The position numbers and the translations under genes were made by a program. Below, piece after piece: positions 35,726-44,060 of a stretch of 64,000 bases of DNA; position 1 is the stretch's first letter, and each line of letters opens with the position of its first letter. This DNA is from Pyrinomonadaceae bacterium (GTDB lineage: Bacteria; Acidobacteriota; Blastocatellia; Pyrinomonadales; Pyrinomonadaceae), in assembly GCA_039933315.1 (NCBI GenBank), contig JBDTOI010000002.1, positions 992 to 64,991 on the forward strand, in the 5' to 3' direction. The notes under the pieces are model-generated. The model saw nothing but the letters and a program-made list of their open reading frames with translations, did no database searches and was not told where the DNA came from.

Positions 35726-37000
35726 CTACAATCCTTTCTGGCGCCGGGGAATCACCCAACCTTCGAGTAAGAGAATCTGGATTATCAGGTTAACAAACAG
35801 ATAGATGCTGGTCACAACTGCCAGGCCCATCAGGCCATACTGCATGAACGCTATGACCTTCGCCGGCACATAGAGCGTAAAGGTAATGATCGACATGCGG
35901 GTCGGAGTTGAGGTATCTCCCATGGCATAAAATGTCGTGGATGTAATCTGGCCCATAGCGCCACCAATGAAAAAACCGACCAGCGCGACCATAATCAGCC
36001 ATAGCAAATGAACGTTGTCTGCGGTGACTCCGCCGTGGCCAATTAGTAAATTGAGTATTCGCTCGCCGGCCAGCAGAAGGATCACGTAGCCCGCCGCAGC
36101 CAACCCGCCAATCATCAACAAGCGCCTTTGATAGATACGTTTGAAAGTGGACCACCTCCCGGCGGCCGCTTCGATCGCCAGCTGCGGCACCATCGGAGCG
36201 GCGATGGCCTTTTCGGCGATCACGTTGGCGACCCCGTAAATTTGCTGGCCAATGTAAAGCAATGACAGTCCGCCCGCCGGCGCCATCGATGCCAGATAGC
36301 GATCAACCAGCGGGTCGGTTCGGTAGTATGCCGTTCCTATTAGCAACGGCCGGATGCGTCGCCTTGCTTCTCGCATTGCCTCCGAGTCCCATCGCGGCCA
36401 CTGCCAGCGCCCCAGGCCGGGCAGCAACCAAAGCACTTGCATTAGAGTTCGAAGAACAATGATGAAAGCGGCGGCCGCGATTCCATAAATCGCGAGCAGT
36501 TTGATAATCAGTCCCAGTGCCACGAGATTGGACAAAAGCGTAGATAGCTCAACCCATATGAATTGCTTGCGCGCATGGTATACGGACCAGAGCACCGAAA
36601 CTGAGGCGGTTAAGATCATACTAACGAGTTGAATCTTGGTCAGACTAACGGTCAACAATTTTGCCGGAACGGAGAATCCCGGAACCAGCCACGGCACCCA
36701 GTAGCCGGCAGTGACAAACAGGGCCAGGGCCAGGATCGTAAAGAGCGCGCTCACGCCGAGAAAGAAGCCCCACGCGTTTTGGCGAAAAGTGATTTCATTC
36801 TCGGTGGCCAGCAAGGGCACCAGTACGTGCGTCAGCGAGGAGCTAACTACGCTCAGGATTAAGGTCGGCAAAGCCATGGCCGCGAACAGTGCGTCTGTTT
36901 CAATTCCTACGCCGAGTTGTGTTATGACGTACCACTGGAACAGCAGTGAGAGAAGAATATTGGCGCCGGCAAGAACTGCAAGAGTCAGGGTCTGCTTCAT
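35726..37000 (-). CDS. MurJ/MviN-like MOP-superfamily flippase
   Basis: About 12 TM helices. The N-terminal 'GVGIETDALFAAMALPTLILSVVSSSLTHVLVPLL' parallels the MurJ N-terminal motif. At 424 aa it is shorter than housekeeping MurJ. Confidence 0.65.
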   Translation of the reverse strand: MKQTLTLAVLAGANILLSLLFQWYVITQLGVGIETDALFAAMALPTLILSVVSSSLTHVLVPLLATENEITFRQNAWGFFLGVSALFTILALALFVTAGYWVPWLVPGFSVPAKLLTVSLTKIQLVSMILTASVSVLWSVYHARKQFIWVELSTLLSNLVALGLIIKLLAIYGIAAAAFIIVLRTLMQVLWLLPGLGRWQWPRWDSEAMREARRRIRPLLIGTAYYRTDPLVDRYLASMAPAGGLSLLYIGQQIYGVANVIAEKAIAAPMVPQLAIEAAAGRWSTFKRIYQRRLLMIGGLAAAGYVILLLAGERILNLLIGHGGVTADNVHLLWLIMVALVGFFIGGAMGQITSTTFYAMGDTSTPTRMSIITFTLYVPAKVIAFMQYGLMGLAVVTSIYLFVNLIIQILLLEGWVIPRRQKGL

Positions 37001-37011
37001 TAAGTGTGTAA

Positions 37012-37029
37012 CGCAAACTTTAGTTTGCG
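37012..37029. repeat. family-G palindrome CGCAAACT-TT-AGTTTGCG
   Basis: Perfect 8+8 inverted repeat, 11 nt upstream of the flippase ATG (37000). Confidence 0.85.
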
Positions 37030-37093
37030 ACTAATCAAAGTCCACGTGAACGAAGGAAGAGCTTATATTTGATCACCAGCATTATTTCAAACA

Positions 37094-37285
37094 GTGTCAC
37101 AGACTTCAGTCTGTGATTCCCGATCGCAGACACAAGTTTTGACCTTCATGCTTTTCCAGCGAGCAGATGGCCACTTGCAATCACAGACTGAAGTCTGTGC
37201 CACATTGAAGACACAAGTTTTGACCTTCATGCTTTCCACGTTGAGCAGATGGCCACTTGCAATCACAGACTGAAGTCTGTGCCAC
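37094..37285. repeat. family-E hairpin element (copy E1) with ~81-bp-period tandem duplication
   Basis: GTGTCACAGACTTCAGTCTGTGAT (37094-37117) is inverted relative to ATCACAGACTGAAGTCTGTGCCAC (37180-37203 and 37262-37285). Direct repeat units at 37129-37203 and 37210-37285 are near-identical. Confidence 0.9.
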
Positions 37286-37289
37286 TAAT

Positions 37290-38423
37290 TTGATTAAAGT
37301 CCTGCACATTCTGGATTCGTTAAATCGCGGTGGCGCTGAGACCATGATGCTGGACGTTTGTCGTAACGCGCGTGCTAATGGTCTGGATTTGACGTTCGTG
37401 GCGACCGGAGGCGGCGATCTCGAGAATGAGTTTCGCGACTCCGGCGTTGAGTTTATCCGGCTGAAAAGAAAACTACCTGTCGATCTGGCCCTGGCTTTAG
37501 AGCTGCGGCGGATTATCGCCGAGCACGGCATTCGGGTGGTGCATAGCCATCAACCAGTCGAAGCCCTGCACCTGTACCTGGCCACTCGCGGCAGTGACAC
37601 TAAAAAAGCACTGACACTGCATGGGGTTTACCCGGGAACTAAAAACGAGCTGGCCCTCAGATTTGTCCTGCCTCGCATCGACGCTAAGATCGCCGTCAGT
37701 CAGAATCTTTTACAAGAGCTGCAGGCGAATAAGACTATTGCGGGTGAAAACTGTTTTCTCATCAATAACGGCGTCGACCCGGCGCGACTGCAGTCTGCGG
37801 GGCGAAAACTGCGCACCGAATTGGGCCTGCAGGATGACGCATTACTCCTGGGCATGGTCGGCAACTTCCAACCTGTGGCGCTGAAGGATCAGTTAACAGT
37901 GTGCCGGGCGCTACCGGATATCTTCGCTCGAGTTCCCCAGGCGCAATTCATCTTTGCCGGCGCGCGCTCTGCAGCAGCGCCGGAGCTTTTTGATGAATGC
38001 GTAGAGCTTTGCCGTCGAGAAGGTATTGATCATCGAGTCCACTTCCTCGGAAAGCGCACTGACATTGCGGACGTGTTGAGTTCGCTCGATGTATTCGTAC
38101 TTTCCAGTCTACGTGAAGGCTCGCCGATTTCCGTGATCGAAGCCATGATGGCCGGTGTGCCCACGGTGCTATCCGATATTCCGGCGCTACGCGAGGTCTC
38201 GAATGAAGGAGAGCAGGCGGTTTTGTTTCGAACGGGAGATCGGGATGATCTGGCAGCAAAACTTGCCGCCCTTGTTAACGACTCAGAGGAGCGTCAACGT
38301 CTTGCTTCCAACGCCAGACAATGGGCCCGGGAAAGTTTTGGTATCGATCGGCACATCGCGGATTTGGTGAGACTTTATGATTCGTTGGTATCATCGGATG
38401 CCCTACCACTCGCGAACGTATGA
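37290..38423 (+). CDS. glycosyltransferase family 4
   Basis: 'IKVLHILDSLNRGGAE' is a typical GT4 N-terminus, with 'SLREGSPISVIEAMMAGVPTV'. The track start at 37257 (TTG) lies inside repeat E1, so the in-frame TTG at 37290 is proposed. Confidence 0.8.
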   Translation: MIKVLHILDSLNRGGAETMMLDVCRNARANGLDLTFVATGGGDLENEFRDSGVEFIRLKRKLPVDLALALELRRIIAEHGIRVVHSHQPVEALHLYLATRGSDTKKALTLHGVYPGTKNELALRFVLPRIDAKIAVSQNLLQELQANKTIAGENCFLINNGVDPARLQSAGRKLRTELGLQDDALLLGMVGNFQPVALKDQLTVCRALPDIFARVPQAQFIFAGARSAAAPELFDECVELCRREGIDHRVHFLGKRTDIADVLSSLDVFVLSSLREGSPISVIEAMMAGVPTVLSDIPALREVSNEGEQAVLFRTGDRDDLAAKLAALVNDSEERQRLASNARQWARESFGIDRHIADLVRLYDSLVSSDALPLANV

Positions 38424-38483
38424 CCCGCGCTGCTATACTCAAATTTGAAATACAGTCGCCGGTCCGCACAAAAGGCAACCGAA

Positions 38484-38735
38484 ATGAAAGAAATATTCAC
38501 TGCTACTATATGGCAAGAGGGGAAGTGGTACATAGCTCAGTGCAGGGAGTTTGAGATTGCCAGTCAGGGCAGTACCAAAGAGGAGGCGCTGGAGAATCTG
38601 ACTGAGGCTATTGAGGCCCACTTCGCGCCTCCGGTCGCGACCCTTGTTCCAGAAGTGATAGCCTTCGAAGCCGAGGTCGAACCGTGGGCCCTGGTAGATG
38701 CCGACGCGCGCGCCAGCGGTGACCGGGTTGACTAA
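38484..38735 (+). CDS. hicB: HicB-family antitoxin (N-terminal HicB fold only)
   Basis: 'FTATIWQEGKWYIAQCREFEIASQGSTKEEALENLTEAIEAHF'. ATG at 38484; the track start at 38445 is TTG. Its stop overlaps the hicA ATG (TAATG). Confidence 0.75.
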   Translation: MKEIFTATIWQEGKWYIAQCREFEIASQGSTKEEALENLTEAIEAHFAPPVATLVPEVIAFEAEVEPWALVDADARASGDRVD

Positions 38736-38959
38736 TGGCGTTGCTTAGATCTCTCCCTTACCGTGTCGTGAAGCGCAAACTCGAGACAGCTGGATTCGAA
38801 GAGAGACCCGGCAGAGGGAGTCATCGTAAGTTTGTGAAGTTCACTCGAGAGGGTGTAGTTACCGCCATCGTTCCTCAGCACCGCGAGATTGCCCTCGGCA
38901 CACTGCGGAGTATCTTACGCCAGGCAATGTTGACTCCTGACGAATTCGACGCGTTATGA
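38735..38959 (+). CDS. hicA: HicA-family mRNA interferase toxin
   Basis: 74 aa. 'VVKRKLETAGFEERPGRGSHRKFVK...VTAIVPQH.EIALGTLRSILRQA' with the catalytic His context GSHRKF. Confidence 0.8.
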   Translation: MALLRSLPYRVVKRKLETAGFEERPGRGSHRKFVKFTREGVVTAIVPQHREIALGTLRSILRQAMLTPDEFDAL

Positions 38960-39026
38960 GGCCGTCGAAAGACAAACGGATTATCTAAAACCCACCTTCT
39001 CACGAGGCTCAGAATGAGAAAGCAGT

Positions 39027-40019
39027 ATGGCTCATAAGAAAAAGCTTCAAGTATTTGTTTCCTCAACCTACACCGACCTGCACGAAGAGCGACAAGCCGC
39101 CGTCGAAGCTATCCTAACCGCAGGACACATACCTGCCGGCATGGAACTCTTCGCCGCCGGAGATCAATCGCAGATGAGCGTCATCAGGCGGTGGATAGAT
39201 GAATCCGATGTTTACTTGCTGATTCTGGGAGGACGTTACGGCAGCATCGAACCGGAGAGTGGCAAGAGTTATATCGAACTGGAGTATGAGTATGCAGTCG
39301 CGCAAAACAAACCATTCTTCGCGGTTGTGATTGAGGAAGATCATCTTGAGAAAAAGGTAAAGAGTGCAGGTACCAAGGTGATCGAGCGGGATAATCCTCA
39401 AAAACTCAAGGACTTTAAGGCGCAGGTCCTGGGCAAGTTGGTGAAGTTCTGGCGTGATCCCCGTGACATAAAACTCGCCATTCTGGAAACGATGTCTGAA
39501 TTCAGTCGGCGTGATGATCTCACTGGTTGGATTCCGGGTAGCGAGGCGATGAACGCGGGCGCGGTAGCGGAGGAGATGGCCCGACTGGCCAAGGAAAATG
39601 CCGAGTTGCGTCAACAAGTCGCAAACATGTCACCGGATCCCGCATCCTATAACGGCCTAACATTCGATGGGATGTATAAGATCCTGTTAGAGGAAGAGGC
39701 AAATATTTCCGAATTCTCGCCAGAATCTATTGAAGTATTTAACCAGGTTGCTGAAATCTTCGGAGATTCAAAACCAGGTCTTATTCACCTGTTCTGGTTG
39801 AGCGGCAACCTGTTTCGACAGCGGCATTATTTGAACTTTTACCTGGGCCAACCGCCGCATGGGATAATGTTAAGATTAGCCGAATTCGGTCTCGTCGTTG
39901 ACGAAGGATCCTTCAGCTTCATTCTAACGGAAACTGGCAGGCAATTACTCCTGCGGTTAAGACTGGAGCGCGACACCAGAAAGGCAGAGGAACTTGTCAG
40001 ATACAACATGCCCTTCTAA
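39027..40019 (+). CDS. DUF4062-domain protein (TIR/nucleoside deoxyribosyltransferase-like N-domain + coiled coil + unknown C-domain)
   Basis: 'KLQVFVSSTYTDLHEERQAAVEAILTAGHIPAGMELFAAGDQS...SDVYLLILGGRYGS...YIELEYEYA' matches my memory of the DUF4062 signature. Central 'AEEMARLAKENAELRQQVANM'. The C-terminal ~125 aa are unassigned. Confidence 0.7.
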   Translation: MAHKKKLQVFVSSTYTDLHEERQAAVEAILTAGHIPAGMELFAAGDQSQMSVIRRWIDESDVYLLILGGRYGSIEPESGKSYIELEYEYAVAQNKPFFAVVIEEDHLEKKVKSAGTKVIERDNPQKLKDFKAQVLGKLVKFWRDPRDIKLAILETMSEFSRRDDLTGWIPGSEAMNAGAVAEEMARLAKENAELRQQVANMSPDPASYNGLTFDGMYKILLEEEANISEFSPESIEVFNQVAEIFGDSKPGLIHLFWLSGNLFRQRHYLNFYLGQPPHGIMLRLAEFGLVVDEGSFSFILTETGRQLLLRLRLERDTRKAEELVRYNMPF

Positions 40020-40116
40020 TGACTGGATTTGCAGGTTGAGGTGAAAAAACTCATCGTTCTCCGTAAACGTGGAAACAGTTGATCGACACGTGCCGTCTAA
40101 TTCTTGAACCCCCTCT

Positions 40117-41691
40117 TTAGCGTGGGTTGATGTTTCCCAGATAGATTGATCCATCCTTGGCTGTGGAGATCGCTGTTAACGATAGGCGTATCCTTAGCTC
40201 ACTTTCCGCTGGCTGGTACCAGCGTTCCGGCAGCGTGTTGAAGTAAACCAGCACGCTTTTCTTTTCCCTCAGAGTCTTTCTCATTTTTTCCAACTCAGCT
40301 TCGTAGTTCTGATTGGCCCTCCCGGTAACGAAAACAGTCTTTTCGGGGATGAACTGTCCCGGCCGGCCGGTAAGGTAATAGATACCGTCGTAACCGTTGG
40401 AATAAATGAAAACCTCGGGCGGCAGATTCCTGAGGTACGCGATCGTTTGCGAGTCTTTCCATATTCTGCTGGCATAAATCTGACCATCCTGCCGCGTGCG
40501 ATTGAACCAGTTTACCGCCCGCAGCGAGTAAGAGCCGAGCAGGTTCACTGCCACCAGTACCAAAGCCATCCGGATTACGCGACGTCCGTCAAAATGCGGC
40601 CAGAATTTCCATACTACACACAAGAACAGAATGATTGAGACCGCGTGGACGGGAACCATGGCGCGGTCATCGAAAATCACGACATCGAATAGCGTCGCCG
40701 TGATAACTAAAAAACCAACGTAGCAAACAACAAAAATCAAAATCACGAGAGGTAATTTCGCCAAGCCGTAATGGGGGCTGGGTGTTCCGCCGGACCTTAC
40801 CCGCGTGGATGACGACTGTCTGACCTGCTTCCAGAGATAAAGAATGAAGATACTCGCCACAATGACTTCCGCGACAAAGAACGCGGCTCGCAAGTCAGTG
40901 CGCACCTTACCCAGGAGCAACCAGGAAGAGAACGTCGAAAATACCAGTACGACTTGCTTCAGACCGGGTAAGTGAAAATCCAGCTGCCGATCAGTTGCTG
41001 CTCCGCTAAGCCGGGCGTTGCGCAGCATCCACACCAACATCGGGATCGACGCTATGGCGCCAAAGGCTATCGCGGAAGTGAAACGTTTACGCCAATCCGG
41101 TTTACCCGCGAGCAGCAACGCAATCACGCCGGTGCTGATTACGGCTCCACCGACGTACCGGGTAAGCACGGCCAGCGCTGCCAGCAAAGCTGCTACGATC
41201 AAATACCACCACCGCTCTGTTTCGAGAAATCTCGCCAGCGTTACCAGACAACTCACTGTCAGGAGAATGAACAACGGCTCCGTTAGGGCAAAGGTGTGCA
41301 CCGAGGCTAAGTCGGGCGCTGTAAGTGTCAGTAGCGCGCCAATGATGGGAAGCCAAAACGATTCGCGTGCATAGCGGGCAATTGCCAGTCCCACGATCCA
41401 CACATTCGCGCCAAAGAGCGCGGCCTGCAGCCAGCGAGCCGCAGTCTCGCCCGAGACATGAGTAGCGCTGAGCAACGCCAGCAAGGAAGGATAGAGGGGC
41501 GGATAATGGGTCAGCGGCCGGACCTCACCCTTTGCCAGCGCCATCAAACCATGGCCATCAACCAGGTTACGAGCGGCCTCCAGGTACACGGTCGAATCGG
41601 GAGTGATTCCAATTCCAAAAGGCGTAGCCAGAATGACGATCAAAACGGCTAGTAAGGCGAAGACGGCAATGAGAACGCGGGTGCTTATCAA
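40117..41691 (-). CDS. GT-C fold membrane glycosyltransferase (ArnT/GT39-like)
   Basis: About 11 TM helices. First loop 'ITPDSTVYLEAARNLVDGHG', and 'HYPPLYPSLLALL'. C-terminal ~140-aa soluble domain. Confidence 0.55.
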   Translation of the reverse strand: MISTRVLIAVFALLAVLIVILATPFGIGITPDSTVYLEAARNLVDGHGLMALAKGEVRPLTHYPPLYPSLLALLSATHVSGETAARWLQAALFGANVWIVGLAIARYARESFWLPIIGALLTLTAPDLASVHTFALTEPLFILLTVSCLVTLARFLETERWWYLIVAALLAALAVLTRYVGGAVISTGVIALLLAGKPDWRKRFTSAIAFGAIASIPMLVWMLRNARLSGAATDRQLDFHLPGLKQVVLVFSTFSSWLLLGKVRTDLRAAFFVAEVIVASIFILYLWKQVRQSSSTRVRSGGTPSPHYGLAKLPLVILIFVVCYVGFLVITATLFDVVIFDDRAMVPVHAVSIILFLCVVWKFWPHFDGRRVIRMALVLVAVNLLGSYSLRAVNWFNRTRQDGQIYASRIWKDSQTIAYLRNLPPEVFIYSNGYDGIYYLTGRPGQFIPEKTVFVTGRANQNYEAELEKMRKTLREKKSVLVYFNTLPERWYQPAESELRIRLSLTAISTAKDGSIYLGNINPR

Positions 41692-41744
41692 TTCAGTGAT
41701 TCAGTCTGCAGAAAGTGTCACCATCATCGAGCAGTAGGGTAGTG

Positions 41745-41993
41745 GTGCAGTTTGAACTTAACGGCGAAGGCGTTGGCTAATTCCAGCCCAGGGTTTGCTT
41801 TGAAACCCTGGGGATAAGATGCCTGTTGGTCTTGTCGCAACTCTGAAGGAGTTGCGACAGTTTGCTGTTACCGCGCCGCAACCCTTTCAGGGTTTGCGTC
41901 CTCTGGAAATGTGGCGCTTCTTTCCCAGGGTTGCCAAAGCGCAACCCTGGGCTGAAACTAGCCAACGCTTTCAGCGTTAAATTCAAACTGCAC
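41745..41993. repeat. family-B-related MITE/REP-like element (copy B2)
   Basis: Outer inverted repeat GTGCAGTTTGAACTTAACGGCGAAGGCGTTGGCTA / TAGCCAACGCTTTCAGCGTTAAATTCAAACTGCAC. It shares the CAGCCCAGGGTT(T)GC...CCCTGGG(CTG) modules with B1. Confidence 0.85.
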
Positions 41994-42099
41994 TAGCACG
42001 AGCAGTAGGCTAACGCTGAGCTAATTCGTTGGAGGTGATATATTACTCCACTTTCTGAACACTTCGGCACGCGCTGATCCAAAGCGCCTCTGACATGAA

Positions 42100-43806
42100 A
42101 TGGCAATTCGTTTCGCTCCCGTGTCATGGCTATTCGCGCTGGCGCTCTTGTTTACCTTGCTGAACGCCTTTAAGCCGCTTTGCATTGACGATACCCTTTA
42201 CCATTATCACGCCGAACAGATTGCGCAACATCCGCTCGACCCTTACGGTTTCAGAATATTTCAGAACGACCGGCCGGAGCCGGCGATTCAAGCCCTGGCG
42301 CCGGTGCTGATGCAGTACTGGTGGGCCGTCGCCATCAGAGTTTTTGGCCCGCACCCGTTCTGGTGGAAGCTCTGGCTGTTTCCCTATGCCTTGCTGCTGG
42401 TCTTTTCTTTGCACTCGCTGCTGCGGAGATTTGCCGGGCGCTACGAAATGATTCTGACGGGCATGGTTATTCTCTCGCCGGTATTCCTGCCGAGTTTCAA
42501 TCTCATGCTTGACGTCCCGGCGGCCGCACTGATTCTCTCCGCGATTGTAATTTTCCTTCGGGCGTCGGAACGCGGATCCTTGCCGCTGGCTGCCGCCGCC
42601 GGGCTAGTGATCGGGATTGCGGCGCAGACGAAATACAACGGCCTGTTGGCCGTGGGCGTCGTCTTATTTCACTCGTTTCTATTTAAAAGATATCGCGTGG
42701 GTATGCTTGCGGCAGTAACCGCCGCAGCTTTCTTTCTTTCCTGGGAAGCTTTCATCTACCTCAGCGCCGGCCGGTCACACTTTTTGGCGCAATCGCAAAC
42801 CTACGGCTCAGTGAATTTAATGGCTAAGTACGCCTACCTGGCATGGCCCATTGTCACCAGCATGGGAGCTGCGGCGCCCTTTTTCATGCTGCTGTCGTTA
42901 GTTGCACTTGGAGTGAAGCGGAGGGTTATTGCCATTGCGGCGATCGGCGTTACTCTCGGCTTTCTGCTGATTGCCTTTGTCCCGGAACGATTTCAATCGT
43001 GGGGTGGTAATAAAAATCTCGCTCTTGCTCACGTTGTCTTCAGTGTGTTCGGCATTAGCTTTTTTGCCAGCTTCCTCTTCGTCATCAGTCGCCTGACGAA
43101 GATTTTCCGCAACGTGAAAGACTATTTGCCAGTCTGGCCGGAATACAAAGTCGAATGGTTTCTGGTGGGCTGGTGGCTGATGGAGGTAGTGGGCTATTTC
43201 GTGCTCTCGCCAATTCCAGCCGTGCGCCGGGTTTTGTTACTGCTGGTTGTTAGCACGCTGTTGGTGGGAAGGTTGTTGGCCCAATCCACGCCAGCGCGAG
43301 CGGCTTTGGTTAGATGGACCGCGTGGGGCGGTATCGCGCTCGGCCTGCTGTTTTATGCGACTGATTTCAACGATGCGTATGCGGAGAAGGCCGCGATTGA
43401 GCAAGCAAGGCAAACAATTTCGACTACGCCTCCGGGCCAGAGTACCTGGTACCTGGGACGTTGGGGTCTTCAGTTCTACGGCGAACAGGCCGGCATGAAG
43501 CCAGTGCTGCCTGACGAATCTGATTTGCATTCCGGCGACTGGCTGGTAACTACCGACAGTGTCTATGCTCCAGAGCCGGTGCTGGCCCATCTGCGGCGCT
43601 ACCGTCTAAAGCCGGTGGCTGAATTTGCTATTGGTGATCGGCTGCCGCTCTCGACGATGCTTGGGTATTACAATTCCGGCATTCCGCTCCATCATCAGGA
43701 GGGCCCGCGCCGCCGTGTGAAAATCTACCGCATTGAAGGACCCGTTCAAGCGGGTGAGAGTATGTCGGACGCTAACCGGTCCTTGCCGAGTGCTTCATCT
43801 CATTAA
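42100..43806 (+). CDS. GT-C fold membrane glycosyltransferase (ArnT/GT39-like)
   Basis: About 12 TM helices. First loop 'CIDDTLYHYHAEQIAQHPLDPYGF'. C-terminal soluble domain. The last three codons and the TAA lie inside repeat A2. Confidence 0.55.
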   Translation: MAIRFAPVSWLFALALLFTLLNAFKPLCIDDTLYHYHAEQIAQHPLDPYGFRIFQNDRPEPAIQALAPVLMQYWWAVAIRVFGPHPFWWKLWLFPYALLLVFSLHSLLRRFAGRYEMILTGMVILSPVFLPSFNLMLDVPAAALILSAIVIFLRASERGSLPLAAAAGLVIGIAAQTKYNGLLAVGVVLFHSFLFKRYRVGMLAAVTAAAFFLSWEAFIYLSAGRSHFLAQSQTYGSVNLMAKYAYLAWPIVTSMGAAAPFFMLLSLVALGVKRRVIAIAAIGVTLGFLLIAFVPERFQSWGGNKNLALAHVVFSVFGISFFASFLFVISRLTKIFRNVKDYLPVWPEYKVEWFLVGWWLMEVVGYFVLSPIPAVRRVLLLLVVSTLLVGRLLAQSTPARAALVRWTAWGGIALGLLFYATDFNDAYAEKAAIEQARQTISTTPPGQSTWYLGRWGLQFYGEQAGMKPVLPDESDLHSGDWLVTTDSVYAPEPVLAHLRRYRLKPVAEFAIGDRLPLSTMLGYYNSGIPLHHQEGPRRRVKIYRIEGPVQAGESMSDANRSLPSASSH

Positions 43807-43957
43807 CACCCGGTTTTAACCGGGTGATCAGTGGCCAATCTGGGTTCGCACAACCGTTTCAACGGTTTATCTTCCGGCTAATTAGAAACCGTTGAAACGG
43901 TTGGCCCATCATGAGGCAGACTGGCATCACCCGGTTGCAACCGGGTGTGAATGAGAT
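43797..43957. repeat. family-A MITE/REP-like element (copy A2)
   Basis: Same architecture as A1, with 30-bp arms at 43797-43826 and 43928-43957. Loop positions are mutated (TTTA, TGCA). Inner AACCGT-TTCA/TGAA-ACGGTT hairpins are conserved. Confidence 0.9.
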
Positions 43958-44005
43958 GGAATACTTTCTGTCGGGAGTGGCGAAGTCAATCCGCTGTTTG
44001 TGGCT

Positions 44006-44060
44006 TTCAAGTTGAGGTTTCACGCAAAGGCGCTAAGAAAGGAGACGTAAGGCGCAAAGG
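44006..44060. repeat. family-F repeat fragment (half element)
   Basis: TTCAAGTTGAGGTTTCACGCAAAGGCGCTAAG... matches the arms of F1 (19721-19815) and F3 (56559-56615). No complete partner arm. Confidence 0.7.

Noticed and set aside
37257-37289. N-terminal extension MQSQTEVCATN of the GT4 ORF (and the analogous ...SFSQTEVCATRK extension at 53550-53606 of the polymerase ORF)
   Set aside because: The shared 'SQTEVCAT' peptide is the family-E hairpin translated. Downstream starts (TTG 37290, ATG 53549) give canonical family N-termini.
41777-41986. 69-aa minus-strand ORF
   Set aside because: It lies entirely inside repeat B2.
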